64,000 nucleotides of DNA from Methanocaldococcus sp. 28A (lineage in GTDB: Archaea; AGJL01; Methanococci; Methanococcales; Methanocaldococcaceae): the NCBI GenBank assembly GCA_049852185.1, contig CP187540.1; one strand, 5' to 3'. The translations under genes were made by a program, and so were the position numbers. Shown one piece after another: positions 1 to 10,114 of this stretch. The notes below the pieces were generated by a model that saw only the letters and a list, made by a program, of their open reading frames with translations, ran no database searches and was not told where the DNA came from. The number at the start of each line of letters is the position of its first letter. The first letter of the stretch is position 1.

Positions 1-610
1 CAACAGCTACTTTTAATTTAGCTCTTTCAATAATCTTAGCTGCTAATAAATCAACAACTGATGATGAACCTGCTTTTAATGAAGAAGATAATGCCAAATC
101 GACGAGCTGTTTAGCTCTCATCTTATCGAATTTTTTAGCATTTTTATATTTATTTGGGTCTTTGTCATAAACACCATCAACATTTGTTCCAATAACTAAC
201 AAATCAGCATTTATAAACTCTGCCAATGAAGCTGCGACTGCATCAGTAGTGTGTCCAGGATGAGTCCCTCCCATCACTGGAATTTTTCCTAAGTTCAATA
301 TAAACTCCGCCTCTTCAAATGATGTAGGGACTTTTTTTATACTATAATTTCCTAAAGCAGTGATTAAAATCATTGCATTCATTCTTGTAGCCATTATTCC
401 AAGCTCATCACAAAAACTCTCATTAGCTCCAAGTTCTCTCCCTATCTGTATATATTCTCTCGCTGTTTTTCCTCCTCCAACAACTATAGCTATCTCATGT
501 CCCTCATCCTTAATCTTTTTAAAGGCATTGGCATATTCTTTAATTTTTTCAGCATTGGCTCCCTCTTTTGGCATAACTACTGAACCTCCCAAATCAAAAA
601 CAATTCTCAT
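1..610 (-). CDS. pyrH: Uridylate kinase (runs off the window edge)
   Basis: Minus strand from ATG at 610 reads MRIVFDLGGSVVMP...VGGGKTAR...MGGTHPGHTTDAVAA...TNVDGVYDKDP, the archaeal UMP kinase motifs; GGTGAG RBS upstream. Confidence 0.93.
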   Translation of the reverse strand, partial: MRIVFDLGGSVVMPKEGANAEKIKEYANAFKKIKDEGHEIAIVVGGGKTAREYIQIGRELGANESFCDELGIMATRMNAMILITALGNYSIKKVPTSFEEAEFILNLGKIPVMGGTHPGHTTDAVAASLAEFINADLLVIGTNVDGVYDKDPNKYKNAKKFDKMRAKQLVDLALSSSLKAGSSSVVDLLAAKIIERAKLKVAV

Positions 611-645
611 TTTCTCACCAAAACCTCCTAATAAAAGAGTTATCT

Positions 646-840
646 GGACTTTTGGAATATATATGAAGAACCCTGACACCTTATAGTTGTGTGCAAAACT
701 ATCTTAAATAAAATAAGGAATTAGTGAATGCCTTCTTTAAGGAAGGCATTCAAATTGTCCTTATAAAAGTTTATTTTATTTTGCACACAACTATTACAGA
801 ACTTTATTAGTTACTAAATATATAAACTGTAAAAGTCCTG
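646..840. mobile_element. Degenerate family-B inverted-repeat element (GGACTTT...AAAGTCC) interrupted by a family-A element
   Basis: GGACTTTT at 646 and CTGTAAAAGTCCTG ending at 840 resemble the TAGGACTTTCGCAG termini seen elsewhere in the window. Confidence 0.55.
683..794. mobile_element. MITE-like element, family A
   Basis: Terminal inverted repeats ATAGTTGTGTGCAAAA / TTTTGCACACAACTAT; internal hairpin GAATGCCTTC-N6-GAAGGCATTC; similar copies at 9936 and 26021. Confidence 0.85.
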
Positions 841-966
841 TCAAAATATCAAAATAGGGAGTATTTAATTTTAATTCTATATACTTTTAAATATTGAAAT
901 ATATATATTAATATGCATAAAAAATAAAAAGGTGTATTGTTATTATAGATATATTGTAAGTTGGGC

Positions 967-1170
967 TTAACCTCTCAATGCAGCCTTTACATCTTCAACT
1001 TTTACAGTCTTTCTCTTTGCGTGCTTAGCCAAATCAACTGATTTCTTCGCTATTTCCAAAGCAATTTCCTCTAATGCTTCGGCAAAGTATTTTCCAGCTG
1101 CTTCACTAACTCTCTGAGCACCAGCTTTCTTTAATATTCTTACACATGGTGCAACTGGAAGCTCAGCCAT
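967..1170 (-). CDS. Archaeal histone (HMf/HMj family)
   Basis: 67 aa, [22 protein letters not shown]...[14 protein letters not shown] histone-fold signature. Confidence 0.96.
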   Translation of the reverse strand: MAELPVAPCVRILKKAGAQRVSEAAGKYFAEALEEIALEIAKKSVDLAKHAKRKTVKVEDVKAALRG

Positions 1171-1252
1171 AATACCACCTCAGAACTTTACATTTTTAGT
1201 TTTTTATAATGGAAGTATATATATTTTTCGGGATATTCTCAAATATTCTCTC

Positions 1253-2302
1253 CTATACTTTTTTGAGTATTATTGTGAGCTCATTTTTGGTATTAGCCTT
1301 TAAATTAGTTATTTTAAATAGTTCGATATTTTTATATTGGTCTAAAATTTTTAATACTTGCTCTAAATCTTCCTTTTTGGTCTTTGAATTTCTTGCTTTT
1401 AATGTATGAATTATATATCTATCACTTTTTAAATATTTCGCAAATTTTAATGTTAAATAGATAGATTCATCAGGATATAGGTTAGTGTCATTAGTTATCA
1501 AATCAATTTCCTCATTAATATCTTTTTCAAAATCCACATGTTCAGCTCTCTTTTTTATATGGATTATGTTGTTAGCTTTTATCTTTAACTCTCCAGTATC
1601 TATAGCATAAACCTTTTTAGCTTTTTTTGATAATATTTTTGCCCATCCTCCTGGAGATGAGCCAATATCTAAAACGCAATTTAAGTTTTCAAATATAAAC
1701 GGAAATTTTTTTATTAATTCACTCATTTTTCTCTCTGAGCGGTTTAATGGTCTTTCAGCATATCTCTTTAAGTTTTTTAAATTGTTTATATTCTCTTGAA
1801 TAACAAGTTCATTAAAATCATCATAATATATTGAGATATAGCTTTTATCTTGTAAAATTTCAATATTTATTTTGAAATCCCAATTTTTTAGATTTACTTT
1901 TAAATTTAAATCTTTAAAGTTATCTAATATATACTTTCCAATTATTCTTTCAAGTTCTTCACTTGTAAATTCATGATTACCTCTCCTGTTACACCTAACT
2001 ACAAAAGATTTATTTCTTAATTTTTCTTTATTTTTATTGATTAAAAAAGATACAGTTCTTTTTATCTCATCAATATCTGTTTTACATTCTATCTCTAACG
2101 GAATCAATTTCAACAAAAATTTTAGATTAGCCTTATTTTCTTTAATAATATTTAAAAATTCATGAGAATTTTGAGAAAAAACTATTAAAATTCCTCTAAA
2201 TGGAGTCCATAGAATTTTCTTTTTTATTGGTAATTTATTTAGCTCATCTCTCAATTGAGGCTCGAATCCAGGTTTTGTTGTTACTAAAGCTACTGGTTTC
2301 AT
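1253..2302 (-). CDS. THUMP domain + FtsJ/RrmJ-like SAM-dependent RNA methyltransferase
   Basis: N-terminal THUMP (SFVVRCNRRG...VNLKNWD); C-terminal LDIGSSPGGW SAM-binding motif; start taken at MKPVAL. Confidence 0.8.
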   Translation of the reverse strand: MKPVALVTTKPGFEPQLRDELNKLPIKKKILWTPFRGILIVFSQNSHEFLNIIKENKANLKFLLKLIPLEIECKTDIDEIKRTVSFLINKNKEKLRNKSFVVRCNRRGNHEFTSEELERIIGKYILDNFKDLNLKVNLKNWDFKINIEILQDKSYISIYYDDFNELVIQENINNLKNLKRYAERPLNRSERKMSELIKKFPFIFENLNCVLDIGSSPGGWAKILSKKAKKVYAIDTGELKIKANNIIHIKKRAEHVDFEKDINEEIDLITNDTNLYPDESIYLTLKFAKYLKSDRYIIHTLKARNSKTKKEDLEQVLKILDQYKNIELFKITNLKANTKNELTIILKKV

Positions 2303-2306
2303 AAAT

Positions 2307-3230
2307 CTAAACACCACAGAACTCAATAATATTTTTTGCCAATCTAACTTTGTCCTCCAATGTTTTCATAATTGTGTTGGTTATAAAAACTTCACAAGGT
2401 ATTTTTTTAGCTATTTCTTTATCAACATTATCTATAACTAAGATATCAACTATATCTTTATAAAATTCATAAACTCCTTTAACTGATACCTCATAACCCT
2501 TAGCTTTCATTAATTTACCTGCAGGACCTGAGACAGCAGAATTTCCAACTATTGGAGAAACAGCCACTACTTTTTTATCTTTTAATAACTCTCTAATTCC
2601 ATTTAAACTTAAAATTGGTCCTATAGAAGTTATTGGATTTGAAGGACCAATGATAACAAGGTCGCTATTCTCTATAGCTTCAACAGCCTTTTCACAAGGT
2701 TTAGCATATAAACTATTTTCATAAATAACATCTAAAACCTCAACATCCCCTCTTCTTTTAACCCAAAAGTCATGGAATTTTAATAAATCTATTTTTCCAT
2801 CAACCTTTGCCAAAATTTTTGTTTCAACTCTATCATCGCTCATTGGAATTACTTTTGCTTTAATTCCTAAGGCTTCTCTCTCCATATCTACAATTTCTGA
2901 GAGTTTATAACCTCTCTTTAAATAATATGTCTTATGCATTTTTAATGCCCTATCTTTATCTCCTATCCTCAAAACTTCATCAAATCCAAGATTTTTTAAT
3001 TGCTCATGTGTATAAAATGTATCTCCTTTAACACCATACCAAGTTTCTTCATTAATTAAATCTGCTAAGGTATAGAGAACAGTATCAACATCAGGTGATA
3101 AATATAAATCTCCTATCCAAGTATCTTCACCAGTATTAACAATAACAGCCAATTTTTTATTATTAACAACTCTTTTTAATCCTTGCAATAGCTTTGGAGT
3201 TCCTGTCCCTCCAGATAATACTGTAATCAC
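2307..3230 (-). CDS. cofD: 2-phospho-L-lactate transferase (coenzyme F420 biosynthesis)
   Basis: LSGGTGTPKLLQG, VNTGED, SPDVDTVLY, IGPSNPITSIGPIL motifs. Confidence 0.95.
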   Translation of the reverse strand: MITVLSGGTGTPKLLQGLKRVVNNKKLAVIVNTGEDTWIGDLYLSPDVDTVLYTLADLINEETWYGVKGDTFYTHEQLKNLGFDEVLRIGDKDRALKMHKTYYLKRGYKLSEIVDMEREALGIKAKVIPMSDDRVETKILAKVDGKIDLLKFHDFWVKRRGDVEVLDVIYENSLYAKPCEKAVEAIENSDLVIIGPSNPITSIGPILSLNGIRELLKDKKVVAVSPIVGNSAVSGPAGKLMKAKGYEVSVKGVYEFYKDIVDILVIDNVDKEIAKKIPCEVFITNTIMKTLEDKVRLAKNIIEFCGV

Positions 3231-3234
3231 ATTC

Positions 3235-4428
3235 TCACCTAATCTTCAACTTAAGCTTATTGATTAACTTATTAGTTATCCTGTCTGTTAAGTAGTATTT
3301 TTTTCTATTGCTTCTTGTTTCAAAGAAATCATCTATTATTTTTTTAATATTCTTTTTTCCATTGTATTTTTTTGCAAGTTCTCTCATTTTTAAAGCATTT
3401 CTTTTATAAAATTTTATATTTGTTATGTCAAATATAGCTTCCTCTAACCTATATAGCTCTTTATAAGATAGAGCTATTCCACAACCTAAATTATGGACTT
3501 TTTTAGCATTATTTCCCTGCTCAGGATGGTCTAAATCTGGAATAACAATTAACGGTTTTCCAAATGATAGAGCTTCCATTATTGTTGAATGACCACCAGA
3601 AGATATAATAAGTTCTGCATTTTTTATAAGTTCTTTCATATTTGTTGTTATTGGGATTATTTCTATGTCTTTATCCTTATAACTGTGTAATTTTAAATCA
3701 TTTTTTAGCTTTTTAGCTACTTCATAACTTCCACATACAAGTTTTACATTCAAATTATTTTTTAAGGCAATTTTTCCAAGCTCTTCAAGAATTTTATATC
3801 TATACTCAAAACCTCCAATAACGCTTAATATGTAATTTTCTTTAGTATTTTCATCATTATCCTCATCTTCAATATCATATCTAATTAAAGGGCCTATAAA
3901 CTCCATATTTTTTATAATTTTTAGGTTGTATTCACATATAGTATATGGTGGAGGAAAATCAGGTACTATAAATCTTTCACATCTTTCATTTATTATGTTT
4001 AGAGCTTTCATTGTTGGATAGACAATTAAATCTGTTTTTAATTTATATTTTGTATAGTTTTGATTGCTTATACAGATAACCGGCTTTTTTAAAAGTTTTG
4101 CTGCTACAATTGTACTATATTTGCAGTCAGAGATTATTAAATCAGGATTATATTCTTTTATAATTTCAATTTCTCTCCTAATAGCTTTTTTTGGGCTGTA
4201 TTCTTTATTAAATATACTTGAAGTTAAATTAAATTTTCCATCTTTTCCTTTAAGTTTTATCTCAGGGAATGTTTCAAAAACTTTAAAGTTATATTTTTCA
4301 ATGAAATCTTTACTTTTTCCATAGGCGATATATGAGATTTCATAATCATCTTTTAAAGCTTCACCAATTGCGATACATCTTGTTGTATGTCCAAATCCCT
4401 CCCCACAAACTGAAATAAGAATTTTCAT
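3235..4428 (-). CDS. GT-B glycosyltransferase (GT28/MJ1255-like)
   Basis: [11 protein letters not shown]-terminal motif; [12 protein letters not shown]...P...HPEQ..NA nucleotide-sugar motif. Confidence 0.85.
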   Translation of the reverse strand: MKILISVCGEGFGHTTRCIAIGEALKDDYEISYIAYGKSKDFIEKYNFKVFETFPEIKLKGKDGKFNLTSSIFNKEYSPKKAIRREIEIIKEYNPDLIISDCKYSTIVAAKLLKKPVICISNQNYTKYKLKTDLIVYPTMKALNIINERCERFIVPDFPPPYTICEYNLKIIKNMEFIGPLIRYDIEDEDNDENTKENYILSVIGGFEYRYKILEELGKIALKNNLNVKLVCGSYEVAKKLKNDLKLHSYKDKDIEIIPITTNMKELIKNAELIISSGGHSTIMEALSFGKPLIVIPDLDHPEQGNNAKKVHNLGCGIALSYKELYRLEEAIFDITNIKFYKRNALKMRELAKKYNGKKNIKKIIDDFFETRSNRKKYYLTDRITNKLINKLKLKIR

Positions 4429-4437
4429 ACTACCCAC

Positions 4438-5745
4438 CTATAATAGCTTTTTACTTTCTTCAGTTAAAGTTAATTTATTAATTCTTCCAATTTTTTCCTT
4501 TCTTATTATTTTTCTATCTTCTAATTCAGATATAATTCGTGAAACCTTTGGCTTACTCATTCCAGTAATTTCAACAATTTCTTTTTGTGTAATATGTCCA
4601 TTTTTTTTTATCAAATCAATTATGATTTTCTCTTCTTCTGTTAAAAAACTCCATAAAACCCCTCTCTTTTCTTCCATATATTTCTTTGCAATCTCTCCTA
4701 AGTTTTTAACTTTTTCTTTTAGCTCTTCATTCTCTTTCTTTAATTTTTCAATATATTTATTTAGTGATTCAATATTTTCTTTATATGAGAGATTTTCATT
4801 TACAAGTTTTTGTATTCTACTTTCATATTCGGAAATCCTTTCGTTTAACACTCCAATAATCTCATTCTTACGTAGTAAATTTTTATTAGCTTCACTTAAT
4901 TCATCCTCTAAATCTTTTATTTTCGCAGTTAAATTTTTAACTACATCTTCTTTTTCTTTTAATTTGTCTTTTACTTCATTTAATTCATTTTTTATGTTTT
5001 CAGTGTCTTTTATAATCTTCGTTTTAGATATTCTCTCTCTAATAAATAAACCAGCAAATATTGACGCCCCAAATATTGTAATTATTAAGAGATATTTTAA
5101 ATTATTATTAATAGATGGATATTCTACAATATTATTTGATGGATATGTTATAAAGGTATATTTTACAGCAATCGTGAAGGTTACTGCCTTATTTAAAGAC
5201 AAATCCCATATAATTATTTGATGTTTTCCATCGGTAGTTATTTTGTATCCAGAAGGGGTTACAAGTAAAGTACCTTGAGGGGAAGATATAACTGCTCCTG
5301 GTGGAAGAATTACTTTTATAGTAGCATTTTTTGCAGGGATTAGAAAGTTCATAATGAGTTGATTAATATCATTTTTCGTCCAGATTGCATCAGTTACTAA
5401 ACAATTAAATGTTACATTTACATACTCATGTGGAGGAACAGGTTTTTCAAATTCTATGGTAATTTTTGAGAGTTCACCAGTGTATAACGCACTATATCCT
5501 CTAATGTTTATAGAAGAGTTTATTGTAAGATTTTCAATATTTTGAGGAATGGTATATGTAATACTACTCAAATTTTTATTATCGTTATTGTATATTACCA
5601 TAGTTATTGTCTCATTTATGGTATCATCAGGATTAACTATGCATTTGATATCTATCTTTTCAATGCTGTATGCCAAAGATATATTTCCCAACAATAGAAA
5701 GAAAAACAAAAATATTAAAAATTTCTTAGGTTTAATGTATATCAC
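4438..5745 (-). CDS. Membrane-anchored protein with extracellular domain, coiled coil and C-terminal winged HTH
   Basis: Signal peptide; beta-rich domain; TM segment YLLIITIFGASIFAGLFI; long E/K heptad region; ITQKEIVEITGMSKPKVSRIISELEDRKII HTH. Confidence 0.8.
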   Translation of the reverse strand: MIYIKPKKFLIFLFFFLLLGNISLAYSIEKIDIKCIVNPDDTINETITMVIYNNDNKNLSSITYTIPQNIENLTINSSINIRGYSALYTGELSKITIEFEKPVPPHEYVNVTFNCLVTDAIWTKNDINQLIMNFLIPAKNATIKVILPPGAVISSPQGTLLVTPSGYKITTDGKHQIIIWDLSLNKAVTFTIAVKYTFITYPSNNIVEYPSINNNLKYLLIITIFGASIFAGLFIRERISKTKIIKDTENIKNELNEVKDKLKEKEDVVKNLTAKIKDLEDELSEANKNLLRKNEIIGVLNERISEYESRIQKLVNENLSYKENIESLNKYIEKLKKENEELKEKVKNLGEIAKKYMEEKRGVLWSFLTEEEKIIIDLIKKNGHITQKEIVEITGMSKPKVSRIISELEDRKIIRKEKIGRINKLTLTEESKKLL

Positions 5746-5768
5746 CTTTTATTGGTAGAATATTATTA

Positions 5769-5805
5769 TAGGAGTTTCGCAGTTTTTATTAATGTGAAAG
5801 TCTTA
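5769..5805. repeat. Minimal family-B inverted-repeat element
   Basis: TAGGAGTTTCGCAG-N10-TGTGAAAGTCTTA. Confidence 0.55.
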
Positions 5806-5878
5806 ACTACTTATATCACCTTATAATATATATAAAAATTTGTTTCGCATAGATCAAAATACAAAAGGGGTTGGAAAG

Positions 5879-6736
5879 ATGCTAAAAGATTATAGGCTAT
5901 CAATTGCTATACCAATAGCCCTTCTTATATTATCAATTTTATTAATAGGTTTTAAAGGAATTCCTAAAAGTATTGACATTACAGGAGGAACTGAGATAAC
6001 AATTAAAGTGGATAAAGATATAGATATAACTCCTCTAAAAGAGTCACTTAATGGAATAGCAGACGTAAAAAAATTAAAATCAGCTGATGGATATTATATA
6101 GTTATTAGATGTAAAAATAAAGACATAAACATTGTAAAGCAAAAAATTAAAGAATTTTTCCACGTTGATAGTTTAGATAAGTTAAATTATTCTGAAAAGA
6201 CTATTGGAGCAACGTTAAGTTCTAAGTTCTTTGAAGAAGGATTAAAAGCTATTGGATTTGCATTTATATTCATGGCAATAGTTGTCTTCATCTACTTTAG
6301 AAATCCTGTGCCAAGTGGAACAATTATACTATGCGCATTATCAGATCTAATTGTTACCTTAGGTGCAATGAGCTTATTTAATATTGAGCTATCATCAGCT
6401 ACTATAGCTGCTTTATTAATGGTTATTGGTTATAGTGTAGATTCAAACATTTTATTAACTACAAGAGTTTTAAAGAGATTAACAAAAAGTTTTGATGAAA
6501 CTGTTAAAGATGCTATGAAAACAGGATTAACAATGACCTTAACTACAATTAGTGCCATGACTGTATTATTAATTGTTGTAAAGTTATTTATCCCAATTGC
6601 ATATATATTAGCTAATATAGCTACTGTCTTAATCTTGGCTTTAATTGCTGATATTATAAACACATGGTTATTAAATGCTGGAATCTTAAGGTACTATATC
6701 ACAGAATACAAAGCAAAGAAAAAATCATACATTTAA
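5879..6736 (+). CDS. secF: Protein translocase subunit SecF
   Basis: SIDITGGTEI and IAALLMVIGYSVDSNILLTTRVLK motifs; about six TM segments. Confidence 0.93.
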   Translation: MLKDYRLSIAIPIALLILSILLIGFKGIPKSIDITGGTEITIKVDKDIDITPLKESLNGIADVKKLKSADGYYIVIRCKNKDINIVKQKIKEFFHVDSLDKLNYSEKTIGATLSSKFFEEGLKAIGFAFIFMAIVVFIYFRNPVPSGTIILCALSDLIVTLGAMSLFNIELSSATIAALLMVIGYSVDSNILLTTRVLKRLTKSFDETVKDAMKTGLTMTLTTISAMTVLLIVVKLFIPIAYILANIATVLILALIADIINTWLLNAGILRYYITEYKAKKKSYI

Positions 6737-7236
6737 AAATATTCTTTTTTTAGAATCTCTAAAAACTTTTTTATACCTTTTTCAATGCCATTTTTTTGTC
6801 TCTCTTTAACATTCTCAAAAGTAATTAGGTTGGCATAAACATCTGTAGTAAATAAATAACAACTATTATCAGTTAATATACAAATAGCCCCCCTTCCAAT
6901 GCCAGCAGTAGTTCCAATAGCTATATTAACATTTAGCTTTTTCTTTAATCCCCATGCCATTAACTTAGCAACCTCTAAATCTTTCTCTTCACTATATGCC
7001 TTTGCATATCTATAATTAAAATCTGGCTCTGGAAGTTTTATATCTAAGAGCTTTTCAGCTCCTACAATTGAAGGAATAAACATGGCAGCTATAATTTTAA
7101 TACTTCTAATTAACTTTAAATCTTCATCAGAAAATAAATATTTAAATTCAAAATCTTCATAGCCAGCTGCTGCTTTATGAATTGTTAATCCAATATTCGC
7201 ATGTGTAAAACATTCAGCAGTAGCAACTGTAATCAT
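6733..7236 (-). CDS. hcgF: FeGP cofactor biosynthesis protein HcgF family (UPF0254)
   Basis: MITVATAECFTHANIG...GTTAGIGRGAI signature of UPF0254. Confidence 0.82.
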   Translation of the reverse strand: MITVATAECFTHANIGLTIHKAAAGYEDFEFKYLFSDEDLKLIRSIKIIAAMFIPSIVGAEKLLDIKLPEPDFNYRYAKAYSEEKDLEVAKLMAWGLKKKLNVNIAIGTTAGIGRGAICILTDNSCYLFTTDVYANLITFENVKERQKNGIEKGIKKFLEILKKEYF

Positions 7237-7254
7237 TTTAATCACCGGGATAAT

Positions 7255-7947
7255 ATGGGCGTTAAAGAATATTATGATAAATTAGCTAATAGTTATGATA
7301 AATTGTATAAAAACAGGTATATGAGGATTGTGGAAAGAGAAGTTTTAAAAAAAGAGATTAAAGATGATGACTTCGTTTTAGATATTGGTTGTGGGACAGG
7401 AGAGCAATTAAAAATTTTAAATAAAGCAATAGGTTTGGATATATCAATAGAAATGGCTAAAATAGCACATAAAAAAACCAACAAACCTGTAGTTGTTGCT
7501 AATGCTGAATTTCTCCCATTTAAAAATAGGAGTTTTGATAAGGCAATATCATTTTTTGGAGCTTTAAATCATTGTAATTTAAAAAGAGCTTTAAAAGAAG
7601 TTAATAGAGTTTTAAAAAAGGATGGGATTTTTATATTCACTGTAGCTAATGTCTATGATATAAAATGGATTGTAAAGAATATTTTAAAAGGAAACTTCAA
7701 AAAGGTAAGAAATGCTTTAAAGAAAAGAAAAGGAACAATAATAAAAGTTATTGATGGAGAGAAAATAAAAGTAAAAACACGATTTTATAGCATTAAAGAA
7801 GTTAGAGATTTCTTAGAAGATAATGGCTTTAAAATAGTTTATACTTTTGGGGCAAACATTACAAACTCTCCATTGGATAGGTTTATTTATAAAAGCTTTT
7901 TAAAGCATTTTTCCTCATATATAGGATTTGTTGCTAAAAAAAAGTAA
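7255..7947 (+). CDS. Class I SAM-dependent methyltransferase
   Basis: VLDIGCGTG, ANAEFLPF, FD..ISFFGALNH, EVNRVLKKDG. Confidence 0.88.
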   Translation: MGVKEYYDKLANSYDKLYKNRYMRIVEREVLKKEIKDDDFVLDIGCGTGEQLKILNKAIGLDISIEMAKIAHKKTNKPVVVANAEFLPFKNRSFDKAISFFGALNHCNLKRALKEVNRVLKKDGIFIFTVANVYDIKWIVKNILKGNFKKVRNALKKRKGTIIKVIDGEKIKVKTRFYSIKEVRDFLEDNGFKIVYTFGANITNSPLDRFIYKSFLKHFSSYIGFVAKKK

Positions 7948-7953
7948 ATAATA

Positions 7954-8712
7954 TTATTTTTTAATCTTCTCTTTTCCAGCTTTTTTAATTGCATCATACA
8001 TCATCTCAACAGCATTAGGATTCTCTTCCAATAAATTACCAGTAACTATTGTATCAGCTCCTGCTAAAACTTTTTCATAAGCAATTTCTGGTTTTCTAAT
8101 CCCTCCACCAACAATTATATTAATCCCAGAAAGCTTTTTTGATAAAGCTATTGTTTCATTATTCACTGGGTATTCTGCCCCACTACCTGCCTCTAAATAA
8201 GCCCATCTCATTCCAAAGAACTTTGCTGATAAACAATACATAGCTGTTATTTTTGGTTTGTTTTGAGGTATCTCCCTAATTTCTCCAACATAACCAACAG
8301 CAGTTTTTTTAGCTGGCTCTATGCAGAGATAAGCCATTGGTATTGGCTCTAAGTTATACTTTAAAATTGTTATCGCCCCTAAAGTTGGAGCGGTTATTGC
8401 CCAATATGTATTAGAGGAGTTCATTAAGCTCATGTAAAATACAGCATCAGCATATCTTGAAAGTCCATCAACATTTCCTGGGAATAGGATTATTGGAAGC
8501 TTAGTTATTTTTTTTATTTTTTTCACTGCTTCATCTAAATTAACAACTCCTATACTTCCTCCAACCATTATTGCATCTGCATAATCCTTAACTTTTTCAG
8601 CTATCTCTTCAATATTTTCTTCCTCTGGGTCTAATAGAGTTAGATAAACAGCACCCTCCTCTTCAATGATTTGATTCAATTTTTTTTCAACTTTGCCTAT
8701 TTTTATTTCCAT
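7954..8712 (-). CDS. Geranylgeranylglyceryl phosphate synthase
   Basis: LLDPE, DAIMVGGS, ILFPG, YLEAGSGA, IVGGGIR motifs. Confidence 0.93.
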   Translation of the reverse strand: MEIKIGKVEKKLNQIIEEEGAVYLTLLDPEEENIEEIAEKVKDYADAIMVGGSIGVVNLDEAVKKIKKITKLPIILFPGNVDGLSRYADAVFYMSLMNSSNTYWAITAPTLGAITILKYNLEPIPMAYLCIEPAKKTAVGYVGEIREIPQNKPKITAMYCLSAKFFGMRWAYLEAGSGAEYPVNNETIALSKKLSGINIIVGGGIRKPEIAYEKVLAGADTIVTGNLLEENPNAVEMMYDAIKKAGKEKIKK

Positions 8713-8736
8713 AATCTCACAGAATTTTTAATGGTC

Positions 8737-8827
8737 ATAGGACTTTCGCAGCTTTATATTAATTTAGAATTTAGAAACCTTTAAGGTGTCCATGTCCAAA
8801 AAATATTTATTCCTGCGAAAGCCCTAT
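8737..8827. mobile_element. MITE-like element, family B
   Basis: ATAGGACTTTCGCAG ... CTGCGAAAGCCCTAT terminal inverted repeats. Confidence 0.8.
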
Positions 8828-8829
8828 GG

Positions 8830-9915
8830 TCATTTTTCAATGATTGTCTCTTTTATTGCCATCCCAAAATGTCTTGCATATTCCTCTGGTTTTATTAAAA
8901 CTTTGTCTCCAGGTTTTAAATCAACAACAGAAACTGGCTCTCCTTTTTCATTAACTAACCTTATTGTTTCAGCATTTTGTAATATGGTTCTAATAATATC
9001 TCCCTTATATTCTGCTTCAATTAATATCAATGGCCTTCTTTCAATCTTTACCCTACCAACTATAGCTTCCCTTGCATTTCCATCCTTATCAACAATTAAA
9101 ACCTTATCTCCCGCCTTTAACTCACTTAAATATTTTGTTTTATTCCCTGGGCATAATATATAGGCATGAACAGGCCCTGCATTAACTCTAAAAGGTCTTG
9201 TAGCTACGTAAGGATTTTCTACAGTTTCAGAATGAACTAAAAATAAACCTCTTGAATAGGAACCAATTAACATTCCTTCTCCTATACTCATTAATGAGCA
9301 GGTATCTATACAAACCCTATCTCCACTACCTATTGGCTCAACTTTTGTTATTGTTGCTACATCTAAAGCAATTTTTTCCTTATTCATTTCTTCAATTAAT
9401 TTTGACAACTCCTTTATATCCTCTAAGTTTTTTGGATTTAAAAGAACTCCATCAGTTCCTTTCTCTAAAATTTCATAAGCAACCTTTGCCTCATCAACTG
9501 AATTAACACTTGCAATAATTTTTACATCTCTATTAAATAAATCAGCAATTAAATTTTCTAATGGAATAATTGTCCAATCCCTACCCTCTAAGATAATGTT
9601 ATCAACAAAACCAAACCTTGCTACTTCAGAAGCTAATTCTTCATCTTCTTTTGATTCTATTGGTATATAGATAGCTGTTTCTTTACCCAAGTTTTTAGCT
9701 TCTTTTAAAAACTCTATGTTGTCATCTTTATTTACTAAAACAATATCTGCATCTAAGCTATGTGAAGCTACTTTAATATTTCCAAGCTCTTTAATTTTTT
9801 CAATATCTTCTGGTTCAGCAATAACTACTGGAATTGATGATTCCAAAGCCATCTTTACAATTTCCTTTTTATCCTCCCAATTATCTCCAGTAACATTAAC
9901 CCACCCAAATTTCAT
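8830..9915 (-). CDS. aroB': 3-dehydroquinate synthase II (archaeal oxidative deaminating/cyclising type)
   Basis: WTIIPLENLIA, GDRVCIDTCS, RPFRVNAGPVHAY, LQNAETIRLV, ARHFGMAI. Confidence 0.93.
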   Translation of the reverse strand: MKFGWVNVTGDNWEDKKEIVKMALESSIPVVIAEPEDIEKIKELGNIKVASHSLDADIVLVNKDDNIEFLKEAKNLGKETAIYIPIESKEDEELASEVARFGFVDNIILEGRDWTIIPLENLIADLFNRDVKIIASVNSVDEAKVAYEILEKGTDGVLLNPKNLEDIKELSKLIEEMNKEKIALDVATITKVEPIGSGDRVCIDTCSLMSIGEGMLIGSYSRGLFLVHSETVENPYVATRPFRVNAGPVHAYILCPGNKTKYLSELKAGDKVLIVDKDGNAREAIVGRVKIERRPLILIEAEYKGDIIRTILQNAETIRLVNEKGEPVSVVDLKPGDKVLIKPEEYARHFGMAIKETIIEK

Positions 9916-9935
9916 AATTTCACCTTTTCATTTTT

Positions 9936-10052
9936 TATAGTCGTGTGCAAAATGCAATAAACTTTTATAATGATAATTTGGATGCCTTCCATGAGGAAGG
10001 TATTCATTAATACCTTATTATTTTATTTAAAATAGTTTTGCACACAACTATA
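9936..10052. mobile_element. MITE-like element, family A (inverted relative to the 683 copy)
   Basis: TATAGTCGTGTGCAAAA ... TTTTGCACACAACTATA; internal ATGCCTTCC..GGAAGGTAT hairpin. Confidence 0.85.
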
Positions 10053-10065
10053 ATATTATAATATT

Positions 10066-10114
10066 ATAGGACTTTTGCTGGAATAAATATATTATGCTAT
10101 TGAATATAGACACC
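10066..10114. repeat. Left half of a family-B element truncated by an IS insertion
   Basis: ATAGGACTTTTGCTGGAATAAATAT...GACACC matches one arm of the 8737 copy. Confidence 0.55.
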
